A stretch of 62,078 nt of DNA, the filler included. It is 10 parts of 10 records of this genome, joined end to end, with 100 filler letters (N's around TTAATTAATTAA, not from the genome) between each part and the next. Parts side by side here need not be neighbours in the genome. Positions count along the whole stretch, not along the records: positions 36,833 to 42,155 come from SRR31147125_200505; positions 42,256 to 48,944 come from SRR31147125_201996; positions 49,045 to 56,448 come from SRR31147125_202160; 7 more parts are not named here. One strand, written 5' to 3'. The notes beneath the pieces were generated by a model, which did no database searches, was not told the DNA's origin, and saw only the letters and a list, made by a program, of their open reading frames with translations. Positions 41,721 through 50,402 of the stretch are shown piece after piece; position 1 is the stretch's first letter; the number at the start of each line of letters is the position of its first letter. The translations under genes and the position numbers were made by a program.

Positions 41721-42155
41721 TTAATCAATAACAAACAGCTTTCTGTCGAAACGGGCAAAGGTCTGGGTCCCGGTGTCTGTCACCCGGAAGGATTCCGAGC
41801 ATTCAAACCCGAAATCGCCCATCCACATGCCCAGGATCATGTGAAAGGTCATATTGGGTTTGAGAACCGTCTTGTCCCCGGGCCGGAGGCTTGCCGTATG
41901 CTCTCCCCAGTCCGGCGGGTAATTCAGCCCCATGGAATACCCGATTCTGGATTCTTTTTCGAAACCGTTTTTTTCCAGGTGGGTCCGCCAGACCTTTTCC
42001 ACATCCTCCCCTGTCATCCCGGGTTTGATGGCGTCCAGGGTGAGATTGAGCCCGTCCACGGTGATGGCGGCCAGGGTGTTGAGTTTTTCCGGAGGTGTCC
42101 CCCCGATAAAGGCGGTCCTGGCAATGGGGCTGTGGTAGCGGTTCCGGCAGCCCGG
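41721..42155 (-). CDS. doeA: M24 peptidase, ectoine hydrolase DoeA/EutD-like; 5'-truncated
   Basis: RYHSPIART, SRIGYSMGLNYPPDWGEHTASLRPGD..L.PNMTFH. Confidence 0.75.
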   Translation of the reverse strand, partial: PGCRNRYHSPIARTAFIGGTPPEKLNTLAAITVDGLNLTLDAIKPGMTGEDVEKVWRTHLEKNGFEKESRIGYSMGLNYPPDWGEHTASLRPGDKTVLKPNMTFHMILGMWMGDFGFECSESFRVTDTGTQTFARFDRKLFVID

Positions 42156-42255
42156 NNNNNNNNNNNNNNNNNNNNNNNNNNNNNNNNNNNNNNNNNNNNT
42201 TAATTAATTAANNNNNNNNNNNNNNNNNNNNNNNNNNNNNNNNNNNNNNNNNNNN

Positions 42256-42756
42256 AAAAGAATAGAACTTCTCCATTTTCTTGCGGCCGTATTCGTTCAC
42301 GAGCTCTGAACTGCCGACGATATCCATGCTGGCAACCGTCACGTCATAGCTGCGGCCGTTCTTCAGGGCGCCCCAGTCCGGCCGGACCGCCAGGTCTTCC
42401 CGAAGGGGAACAACTTTGCGCTTCCGGGAATCGTATATGAGTCCGGCTTCAGTAAGCTGCTGGAGGAAGTACTCCAGGCCTTCGATCCGGATCTCTTTAC
42501 CCAGGATCGTTTCCTCATCCATTTCCACCAGGAGCTTGATGAATTCTCCGAGAAGTTTCCTCTGGATCAGGTGCTCGGAGAGTACCTGGGCCGCCATTCT
42601 TGGGGAGAGGGTGAAATTGCTCCTCTTACCGCTGAGTTCGTGGATATTTGTATCCGGGACAAGCATTTGTCCGAGAGTTTCTATCTGGTCCGCCACCAGG
42701 CTGCCTGCAACTGTTTCAATAAGCAGGTTCTTCATGGCGGGATCAAGCTGCAGCAT
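42256..42756 (-). CDS. Adenylate/guanylate cyclase domain protein, 3'-truncated
   Basis: GGAGG RBS; VASMDIVGSSELV starts a class III cyclase domain. Confidence 0.7.
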
Positions 42757-42932
42757 CAGGGCCTCCGAAAACCGACGCCAGTATATCAGGCTAAAGCCCG
42801 TGCAGACAAGATTAAGCCCGGACCCCTCCATGTGAAACAGATAATAGGAACACAGTCCCTTCATGGGTCCTACAACTGAAACGAGTACAGTCATATCAGG
42901 TATCAGCCGATAAGTTACTGAAGGGGAAATGC

Positions 42933-43497
42933 ATGCCGACAGTCGACCAAGCTGAACATCTCATGCGCAAAGGCGCGTTCCAGAAAGCGAAGATCATTCT
43001 TTCCGAAATTATCTCTGATGATCCGGAAGATCTCCGGGCGATCTGCGATATCGGTATCGCCTATACTGAAACCGGTGAAAACCGGAAAGCCATCAAGGCC
43101 CTGGAACACTATGTCCGCAACGACGACGACAATCCCTATGCCTGGGAGGCCCTTGGCTGCGCGAGATTCCGCACCGGCGATCTGGAGAATGCCAGGATCC
43201 ATCTCGAACGGTCCATCAATCTTCTTCCGGACAACCCTTCGTCCCTGAGGAACCTGGGTATTCTAGAAGGCATGGAAGGCAACAATGAAGAAGGCCTCAA
43301 CCTCCTCCAACAGTCCTTCCGCCTCGCCTCGGATGACTACCGGACTCTGTACGCGCTGAACTTCTCGTTCCGTGACCTGAACCGGCGTGCCGAACGGGAA
43401 AAGATCCTGGACAGGCTGGCGGAGCTGGAAATGCCCGAGGAAAATTCGGCGGGACGTGATACTCACCCGTATCCGGATGAGTGTCGGTTGGGAATAA
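42933..43497 (+). CDS. TPR protein (probable extra A at 43441-43444)
   Basis: TPR repeats (AWEALG, LRNLG); removing one A gives EEIRRDVILTRIRMSVGWE* and removes the overlap with the next gene. Confidence 0.8.
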
Positions 43498-43575
43498 ACG
43501 GAGAATCGAAGAAATCCGGGACCGCTTGTTGCAGGCGGTCCCTTTGCTTACAATACGCTACTCAGGAAACCCGAC

Positions 43576-44274
43576 ATGTCCAAGGATAAATTCGGAAACC
43601 CCCACCATCTGGCACTCCTCACCCGAGCGGTGGAATCCGGCGACATCGCGTCCTGGAACGCGATGGTCAGAAAAAAAGGATCTTCCTTCCGGCCCAGGCT
43701 AGCCGGAGCGGATCTGTCCGGTCTGAAAATGGGGGAGATCCGGCTGGATGGAGCCGATCTGAGTGATGCCGATCTTTCGGGATCTGTGCTGAGCCGGGGA
43801 AACCTGTCCGAAGCCCGCCTGAGGGGCAGTGACCTCTCCAAAGCCGATCTCAGCGGAACCCGGCTCATTCATACAGATTTCTCCAATGCGAACCTCAGTA
43901 AAGCTGATCTCAGCAGAGCCCGGGCCCACGGGGCGATCTTCGCAGGCGCCGACCTGAAAGACACCCGACTCGAGAACGCCGACCTCAGCAGGGCGACTCT
44001 CCGGGGCGCCTCGGTAACCGCGTCGTCGAAAGCCGCAACCCGCCGAAAAGTAAAAGTCAGGGTAAGGAAAGACACCGACGATGCCGCTCCCCGGGCCGCA
44101 GGACCGCAACAGGGCGATGGAAGCATCTACAGCCCTTGGCTGAAGGCCCTTGATGAAGAAGAACGCTTGAGAGAACTAAGAAAGTTGAAGGAAGATAAGA
44201 AAGCGGAAACCGAGAAGGTTATGCTGGACAGAAAACTAGGAAGAAAGAAACCTCTGTTCAAGAGGGTGAAGTAG
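43576..44274 (+). CDS. Pentapeptide repeat protein with charged C-terminal tail
   Basis: A(D/N)LS repeats; WN..R N-terminal motif. Confidence 0.9.
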   Translation: MSKDKFGNPHHLALLTRAVESGDIASWNAMVRKKGSSFRPRLAGADLSGLKMGEIRLDGADLSDADLSGSVLSRGNLSEARLRGSDLSKADLSGTRLIHTDFSNANLSKADLSRARAHGAIFAGADLKDTRLENADLSRATLRGASVTASSKAATRRKVKVRVRKDTDDAAPRAAGPQQGDGSIYSPWLKALDEEERLRELRKLKEDKKAETEKVMLDRKLGRKKPLFKRVK

Positions 44275-44290
44275 AACAGCCTGCTAAAGA

Positions 44291-44317
44291 AAACCGGGAC
44301 CGTCGCCGGTCCCGGTT
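44291..44317. terminator. Bidirectional terminator
   Basis: AACCGGGACCG-TCGC-CGGTCCCGGTT between convergent genes. Confidence 0.8.
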
Positions 44318-44329
44318 GATCAGAGCTCT

Positions 44330-44515
44330 TTAGAAATCCTTGTCCTGAACGGTCTTCCGCTTGGCGGCTTTCGCATTCTCGATGGCAGTGTCACACATTT
44401 CCCGAATCTTGTCGGAAAGTACGTCGATCACTGCGGACGAGCATTTCATGTCAGCAGTCGTCTTGATGTAGGCTTTCACTTTGGAAGCCACCACAAGGTT
44501 CTCTTTTTCAGCCAT
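44330..44515 (-). CDS. Bacterial histone (single histone fold, 61 aa)
   Basis: AAAGGAG RBS; MAEKENLVVASKVKAYIK...MKCSSAVIDVLSDKI...AKAAKRKTVQDKDF with the R-x-T-V-x-x-x-D histone motif. Confidence 0.88.
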   Translation of the reverse strand: MAEKENLVVASKVKAYIKTTADMKCSSAVIDVLSDKIREMCDTAIENAKAAKRKTVQDKDF

Positions 44516-44642
44516 TATGGGCTCCTTTCGTTGACGAACGTTTCCGTTATTATACCCCGATTGCCGGTTCCCGTCCCCCCCCTGAAGCACTTATGATGTT
44601 TTCTGTGGCTTTTTTTTCAGATACCTACAGAGAACATGCGGC

Positions 44643-45890
44643 ATGAACAGTAGAATCCGGTGGCCTGCCGGCATGGTCTTCCTGCTGGTACTCGCCCTGC
44701 TGCCTGTCATGAAAGTTACAGCCTCCCGGCTGGAAGCCCACCTGATCATCGTGGGTCCCGGAGACCCGGTGTATACCTACTGGGGGCATATCGGCATCGC
44801 CGTCGCCGATCTGGAGACCGGGGAAAGCAGCTTCTACGACTTCGGCAACTTCTCCTTCCATTCCGATAATTTCTATACCGATTTCGCCATGGGCCGAATG
44901 CTCTACCTCGGTATGGAAACCCCTACCGAATACTTCATTGGCTACTCGCTGACGGAAGATCGGGATCTCCTGGCCTATCCCCTGAATCTCGGCGACAAGG
45001 AACTGGAGATACTCAGGGACAGACTGGAATGGTGGGTGAGACCCGAGAACAGGGAATACCTGTACGACTACTACCATGCCAACTGCTCCACGATCATCCG
45101 CGATGTCCTGGATGAAGCCGTCGGCGGTGCACTGAAAGAAGCATCAACAGCGGGAACGGACGTCAGTTTCCGCCATCTGTCACGGACCGGCGCCGCCTCT
45201 TCGGCTGCCTCGGAAATCCTGCTGCACTTCCTGCTGGGTCCGGCCCAGGACGACAGGATCAGCGAATGGGAGCTGATGTTCCTGCCCCAGGCTGTGGCAG
45301 ACAGTGCCATGGAGCTGGAGTATACCGGCATGGATGGAACAGACCGCTTCCTGGCCGGCCCGCCTCTGGTACTGAAGGAATCCACCCGGCCGCCGGTTCC
45401 TGAGGAACCTCGGACCCTGTGGCCGTTCATGCTGATGGCCGGTGTTGCCCTGGCCGCTCTATGGACCGCCGCCGCGGCTCTTCCGCAGGAAAAGCGGGGC
45501 CGGCGAATCATCGCGATATCCCTGAGGATCCTGATCACGATCATCATCGGTGTTCCCGGTCTCATACTCGGATTCATAATGGTGTTCACCGACCACAACG
45601 CCGCCTATTCGAACCTGAACATCGGCCCGGCTTTCCCGTTGGTTCTGGCCGGAATCGTGCCGCTGCTCCGCATGCGCGGTCGGACCGGGCAGGATCGGCA
45701 CAGGTTCGAGAAGCGGCTGGCTCTGTACTGGACCGTCAACCTTGCCGGGCTGCTGCTGGTGATAATACTGCGGACTGTCGGACTGTCGGCCCAGGATGCC
45801 TTTGCATTCTGGGCATTCTACATGCCCATTCTCGCTGCTGCTTCCCTGCCGGGATACCTGCTCAGAAACAGATACTTCCCGGCAGTCTGA
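44643..45890 (+). CDS. DUF4105 (Lnb-like) membrane protein
   Basis: GPG..YTYWGH, YDFGNFSF, YLYDYYHANCST, LMFLP, then several TM helices. Confidence 0.85.
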   Translation: MNSRIRWPAGMVFLLVLALLPVMKVTASRLEAHLIIVGPGDPVYTYWGHIGIAVADLETGESSFYDFGNFSFHSDNFYTDFAMGRMLYLGMETPTEYFIGYSLTEDRDLLAYPLNLGDKELEILRDRLEWWVRPENREYLYDYYHANCSTIIRDVLDEAVGGALKEASTAGTDVSFRHLSRTGAASSAASEILLHFLLGPAQDDRISEWELMFLPQAVADSAMELEYTGMDGTDRFLAGPPLVLKESTRPPVPEEPRTLWPFMLMAGVALAALWTAAAALPQEKRGRRIIAISLRILITIIIGVPGLILGFIMVFTDHNAAYSNLNIGPAFPLVLAGIVPLLRMRGRTGQDRHRFEKRLALYWTVNLAGLLLVIILRTVGLSAQDAFAFWAFYMPILAAASLPGYLLRNRYFPAV

Positions 45891-45903
45891 ACGGACCTGT
45901 CCG

Positions 45904-48861
45904 TCAGGAAGGGAGAATGATGTGTTCGCCGGTAAACTCGGGCAGGCCGGCGGAGGCTTCATCGAGGGCATCGCTTCCGGCAATGACGGAAACGGACCGT
46001 TCATCCCAGGATGAAAGCAGGTCGGCGGCGACATGACGAATACCATCGGCCCTCACCCTGAGCTGCTCGTCCCTCCTTTCCTGCCGGATGTCGTCGGTGA
46101 TTCCATACAACGTCCTTTTGAATGCGATGAATCCCCGCTGCCCGGGTCCCAGGGGCCGCAGTTCCTTCCCAACCGACCCGATGACGGCCAGATTCAGCGT
46201 ATCGTCATCCAGTTCACCGGAAGCCCATTCCAGAGATTTCCTGAAGGCCTCCAGGCTCGGGACGATCTGGGGATCCCGATAGGTGGAGAATGTGAATGTA
46301 CCTTCGGTTCCGGACTGGGAAGCCATGGCGCCATAGGCCCCGCCCTTCATCCTGATGTTCTCCCAGAGAAAACCGGTCTTCAGAATATGCGCTAGGAGCC
46401 CGGCCCGGGCATGCCCGGCGGTTCCCAGCAGCGGCGAAGGAAGGGATAGAGACGAAAACGAGACAGCCGACGGGGCGGCCAGGGTCTCACCCCTGTCGGG
46501 ATGCAGGAACAGCTCGGGGACACCGGCTTCCTCTCCCGCCCCATCGGGAAGGGTGGACACAGCCGCCAGCGCCTTGTCCAGGGACGACCCGACGGCGTCG
46601 GCATCAGAGGTCACCACCAGCGACAGGTTGCCCTGGCGGAAGACCATATCCTTAAGTTCTGCCAGTGCCGCCGATGCGGCGGCGGCCATTCGGTCGGAAG
46701 GAAGGGACGCCTGTTCCTGCAGGAACTGAAGCTGGGAGACCCCGTACCAGAGTTCTTCCCAGGGTGCGGATGGCGAGTGCTTGGTCGAGGCCCGGAGGGC
46801 GGCGAATGCATGGCCCGATGGAACAACCGCCGATCGGTAGTCGTTTCTCATTTCGAGAAGGAGATCCTTCACCCGGACGGTATCCGAAAAATCAGCGGAT
46901 TCCAGAAGCTCCATGGTGATTTCCAGGGCCTCTTCCCACTTGTCCGAGAGGGCCTTCATATGAACGAAGAGATTCCTGGCAACTCCGCCGCCGGCGGCCG
47001 GCAGGATCGGTGCGGCCTCGAGGGCGCAGCCCATTCCTCCGGTTTTCAGCGCCAGGTCCCTGGCCACCTCGTCATGTCCCCTGCCGGGCAGACCGATGTC
47101 CGTCAGGGCCCTGCCGAAGAGGGGAAGCCATTGCTGCAGCCGCGGCGGCACACTCCTGGTATCGAAGGCCAGGTCCAGGTAGGAGACGCCGTTGGAGAAG
47201 GTCTCATGGCTGTGCCAATCGACGCCCCCGGATCGGCCCGACCGGAGAGGAAGCCTGATGACGTCGGCGGGAAGGTCTTCCCTGGACAGGAAGGGAATCC
47301 GTTCCAGATCTTCTGGACTATCGGGTTCCTCCTGGAATGCCTCCAGCTGTTCCAGAGATTCCTCCAGTCCCTTCAGGCTGAGACCGTCAACTGTGCCGCC
47401 GGACTTGAGTTCCTGTTCAATTCTGTCCAGCTTGCGACGTTCCTCATCGTCAATCCGGGCCTGGAGCTCAGGATCGGGACTGACGATCACCGTGCTTCGA
47501 TGGCGATTGTCCAGCAGACTGCGGCGGATCAGGGAGCTGAAGAAGCCGGAAGTGGCCTGCCGGCGCAGTTTTGTCATCGGCTCGTCGAAGGCCAGACTCT
47601 CAACAGGCGCGCAGCCGTGGAGCCACCCCCGGAGGGCCCGCTTCATCAGCCTCATGCCGAAGGGTGTTCCACCGCGGATTTCCCTGGCACGGAACTCGAC
47701 GGTTCGCAGGGCGCCTTCCACGAGATCCTCGTCCAGGCCGCCGTCGGCCAGGCCGGAAAGAGTGTCGCTGACAAGGTTTTCAAAGTCATCGGTTTTTTCG
47801 GGATCGATGCCCCGGACAGCGGCGGAAAACACCATCTGCCGGAGGTCTGACTCCAGACCGCTCACGGGAGAGAGGTCTTCGCCGATTCCGCTGTCGATGA
47901 TGGCCTTCTGCAGAGGAGCTCCTCCATGGCCGAGGAGAATGAAGGAGAGCACCTGAGCTGACAGAGCGGCGGCTGGATCGGTGGTTTCATCCCACATCCA
48001 GTTCATGCTGATTGTGGACTTGCCGTCCTCGGTGTCACCGGGAACCGACGGCCACCAGGCCTGAACCCTTCGGGGCTCCGTCCAGCGGGGCTGCAGGGGG
48101 ATGTCCGAAGGAATATCCCGGCGATCGAATCGGGCGAGGTATTCACTATCGAGAATCGCCAGGGTTTCGTCCAGGTCATGATCGCCATAGAGGAAAATCC
48201 GAGAGTTGGAGGGATGGTACCAGCTGTTGTGGAACTCCCGGAACTCTTCATAGCTGAGGGAGGGGATATGCTCCGGGTCGCCGCCCGAATCCCAGCTGTA
48301 GGGGGAATCGGGAAACAGGGAACGCAGGGTCCAGTCGCCGGCGATCGATTCGGCAGAGGAGTAATTTCCCTTCATCTCATTCAGTACGATACCGGCCCGG
48401 ACCAGCTTTCCGTCTTCGTCCCATTCCAGGCGATGGCCTTCCTGCTCGAAAGCCTCCTTCTTCAGTTGGGGAAAGAACACGGCGTCACCGTACACCCTCA
48501 GAAGATTCAGGAAATCAGCCTTCACGGTACTGGCCGCCGGATAAACGGTTTTATCCGGATAGGTCATGGCGTTCAGGAAGGTATGAGCGCTTCCCTTCAG
48601 CAGAACCAGGAACGGATCCTTCAGGGGATATCGTTCGGATCCGCAGAGTACGGCATGTTCCAGGATATGGGGCACGCCGGTATGGTTGGCAGGCGGTGTG
48701 CGGAAAGTGAAGGAGAATAGATTCTCCTGATCGTCGGCCAGCACCCTGTAGACTTCGGCGCCGGTTTTCATATGTCGGAGATGGATGCCTTCGGCCCTGT
48801 ATTCGGATAGAGGATCAACCGAAACGGTCTCAAATCCCCTGGAGGTATAGTTGTCTTTCAT
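45904..48861 (-). CDS. M16C insulinase-family (presequence protease-like) metallopeptidase
   Basis: TGVPHILEHAVLCGS.RYP.KDPF, FLNAMTYPDKTVYP, NEMKG, IRMKGGAYG, YRDP. Confidence 0.95.
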   Translation of the reverse strand: MKDNYTSRGFETVSVDPLSEYRAEGIHLRHMKTGAEVYRVLADDQENLFSFTFRTPPANHTGVPHILEHAVLCGSERYPLKDPFLVLLKGSAHTFLNAMTYPDKTVYPAASTVKADFLNLLRVYGDAVFFPQLKKEAFEQEGHRLEWDEDGKLVRAGIVLNEMKGNYSSAESIAGDWTLRSLFPDSPYSWDSGGDPEHIPSLSYEEFREFHNSWYHPSNSRIFLYGDHDLDETLAILDSEYLARFDRRDIPSDIPLQPRWTEPRRVQAWWPSVPGDTEDGKSTISMNWMWDETTDPAAALSAQVLSFILLGHGGAPLQKAIIDSGIGEDLSPVSGLESDLRQMVFSAAVRGIDPEKTDDFENLVSDTLSGLADGGLDEDLVEGALRTVEFRAREIRGGTPFGMRLMKRALRGWLHGCAPVESLAFDEPMTKLRRQATSGFFSSLIRRSLLDNRHRSTVIVSPDPELQARIDDEERRKLDRIEQELKSGGTVDGLSLKGLEESLEQLEAFQEEPDSPEDLERIPFLSREDLPADVIRLPLRSGRSGGVDWHSHETFSNGVSYLDLAFDTRSVPPRLQQWLPLFGRALTDIGLPGRGHDEVARDLALKTGGMGCALEAAPILPAAGGGVARNLFVHMKALSDKWEEALEITMELLESADFSDTVRVKDLLLEMRNDYRSAVVPSGHAFAALRASTKHSPSAPWEELWYGVSQLQFLQEQASLPSDRMAAAASAALAELKDMVFRQGNLSLVVTSDADAVGSSLDKALAAVSTLPDGAGEEAGVPELFLHPDRGETLAAPSAVSFSSLSLPSPLLGTAGHARAGLLAHILKTGFLWENIRMKGGAYGAMASQSGTEGTFTFSTYRDPQIVPSLEAFRKSLEWASGELDDDTLNLAVIGSVGKELRPLGPGQRGFIAFKRTLYGITDDIRQERRDEQLRVRADGIRHVAADLLSSWDERSVSVIAGSDALDEASAGLPEFTGEHIILPS

Positions 48862-49044
48862 TGTCAGTCCTTATCTCTTGAATCGTTTTCCCGGGGACCT
48901 CGCCAGCCCCGGAAGGGGCCGTGGCAGGTCACGTTGAAATAGCCNNNNNNNNNNNNNNNNNNNNNNNNNNNNNNNNNNNNNNNNNNNNTTAATTAATTAA
49001 NNNNNNNNNNNNNNNNNNNNNNNNNNNNNNNNNNNNNNNNNNNN

Positions 49045-49380
49045 CCTGGCCAGGGCATGGTCGTAGTGAGGGTGCGCGATATCCAGGTCAGCCTGCCGTA
49101 CGGTCTTCGGAATCTCCCTGAAGGACGTGTCGCCATGAATCGATGTGGTCTCGAAGGCCGGCTGACTGTCTTTGTGGAAAAAACCGCCGCTCGTAATGAC
49201 AGCAAACGTCTTCTGTGAGGCATCCCCGTCATAGGGAGTCCAGGGTATGTCCGCAGATACGATAAATGGGTATTTTTTTACAATCTCTTTCGTGTTGCCG
49301 GCCTGATAATCTGCCAGACTCTCTTTCACCCATTTCTCATAGGCTGGTTTGAAGTTTTCAATCGCTACGGGCATATTCAT
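49045..49380 (-). CDS. Glycine/sarcosine/betaine reductase B (GrdB/PrdB) family protein, 3'-truncated
   Basis: IPWTP, AVITSGG, QPAF, GDTSFREIP, IAHPHYDH. Confidence 0.8.
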
Positions 49381-49622
49381 TCCTCTCCTTTCGTCTGACA
49401 CGCTCCTGGAAATTAAACGTTTCCTTCATCGTCTCACCGATAGCAGGTTCTGGTCTTTTTGATTACTGCGTTCAGTTAAACATACCACTATTTTTCTTGA
49501 TTGGGAGATTAAGAGAGCTTCAAAGTCTCTTCCGGAGGGCACCCTGGCTATGCAAATGAATACAAGGATAAATCGCTCAACATACAGCTCGGAAAAGTGA
49601 ACTCAGCATTCCTCACCCTGAC

Positions 49623-49686
49623 TTTGTCGACAATGCTGGCCATTTTCATTGACCTGACCAAAAATACCGCCTATATTGTCGACAAT
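49623..49686 (+). promoter_or_regulatory. Promoter with two PrpR-type GntR operators
   Basis: TTTGTCGACAAT (49623-49634) and ATTGTCGACAAT (49675-49686) flank TTGACC-N17-TATATT; the second operator overlaps the -10 box. Confidence 0.8.
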
Positions 49687-49694
49687 CAAGACAG

Positions 49695-50402
49695 ATGCAT
49701 ACCATGAAACCATCAACACTGACCACCGATCGTCCCATTACCAATGCAGATAGAACATTTATCCTGCTGCGAAATGACATTGTTGAAGGAGTCGTTCAGG
49801 CAGGCTCAAAACTGAGTGAGACTGAATTATCGGCAACCTATCAGGTCAGTAGAGCAGTGATCCGGGAGGCGATCAGTCGACTGGAATCCTGTCACTTGGT
49901 GGGACGCAAGGCCAATATCGGTGCCCGTGTGGTGGCCTTGACCCCTGAAGGACTCGCCGAACTCTACCAGGTACGCGAATCACTGGAAGGCATGGCTGCA
50001 CGACTTGCTGCACAAAACATGTCTGATGAAGAGATTGATGAACTTGCGGGTTTGTTGAACATCCACTTCGAAACCGTCCAGGCCGGAGAAACCTATTACC
50101 AAGATGCCGGTGAACTGGATTTCCACTATCGGATCATTCAGGGGAGCAAAAACTCTCAGCTGATCGGTATGCTGATTAACAGCATGTATCACCTGATCCG
50201 GATGTACCGCGTTCAGTTCGGCATGGCCGGACCTCGTGTCGCCACCGCGTTCGACGAGCATAAGCAGATCGTAAAAGCCATCTCGAACCGTGATGCCGAA
50301 TTGGCGGAAATGCTGATGCGACGTCATATCCTGTATACCAGGAATTATCTGCACAAAAAGTTGGATCAAACAGATAGCACGCCACAGAGAGTCAAACCAT
50401 GA
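49695..50402 (+). CDS. prpR: GntR/FCD regulator, PrpR-like
   Basis: GSKLSE..L...VSRAVIREA, ELYQVRESLEGMAARLAA, YYQ..G.LDFHYRI. Confidence 0.85.
   Translation: MHTMKPSTLTTDRPITNADRTFILLRNDIVEGVVQAGSKLSETELSATYQVSRAVIREAISRLESCHLVGRKANIGARVVALTPEGLAELYQVRESLEGMAARLAAQNMSDEEIDELAGLLNIHFETVQAGETYYQDAGELDFHYRIIQGSKNSQLIGMLINSMYHLIRMYRVQFGMAGPRVATAFDEHKQIVKAISNRDAELAEMLMRRHILYTRNYLHKKLDQTDSTPQRVKP

Noticed and set aside
46501-47850. Long antisense ORFs (also 60872-61921, 41208-42203, 39480-40313)
   Set aside because: Shadow frames of GC-rich genes with clear function on the opposite strand.
42256-48944. Assigning the phage contig to the histone-bearing spirochaete-like host
   Set aside because: They are separate contigs with no shared att site or overlap, so linkage is unsupported without binning.
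49045-49380. Selenocysteine recoding in the GrdB-family gene
   Set aside because: The region that would carry UGA/SECIS is beyond the contig end, so it cannot be assessed.
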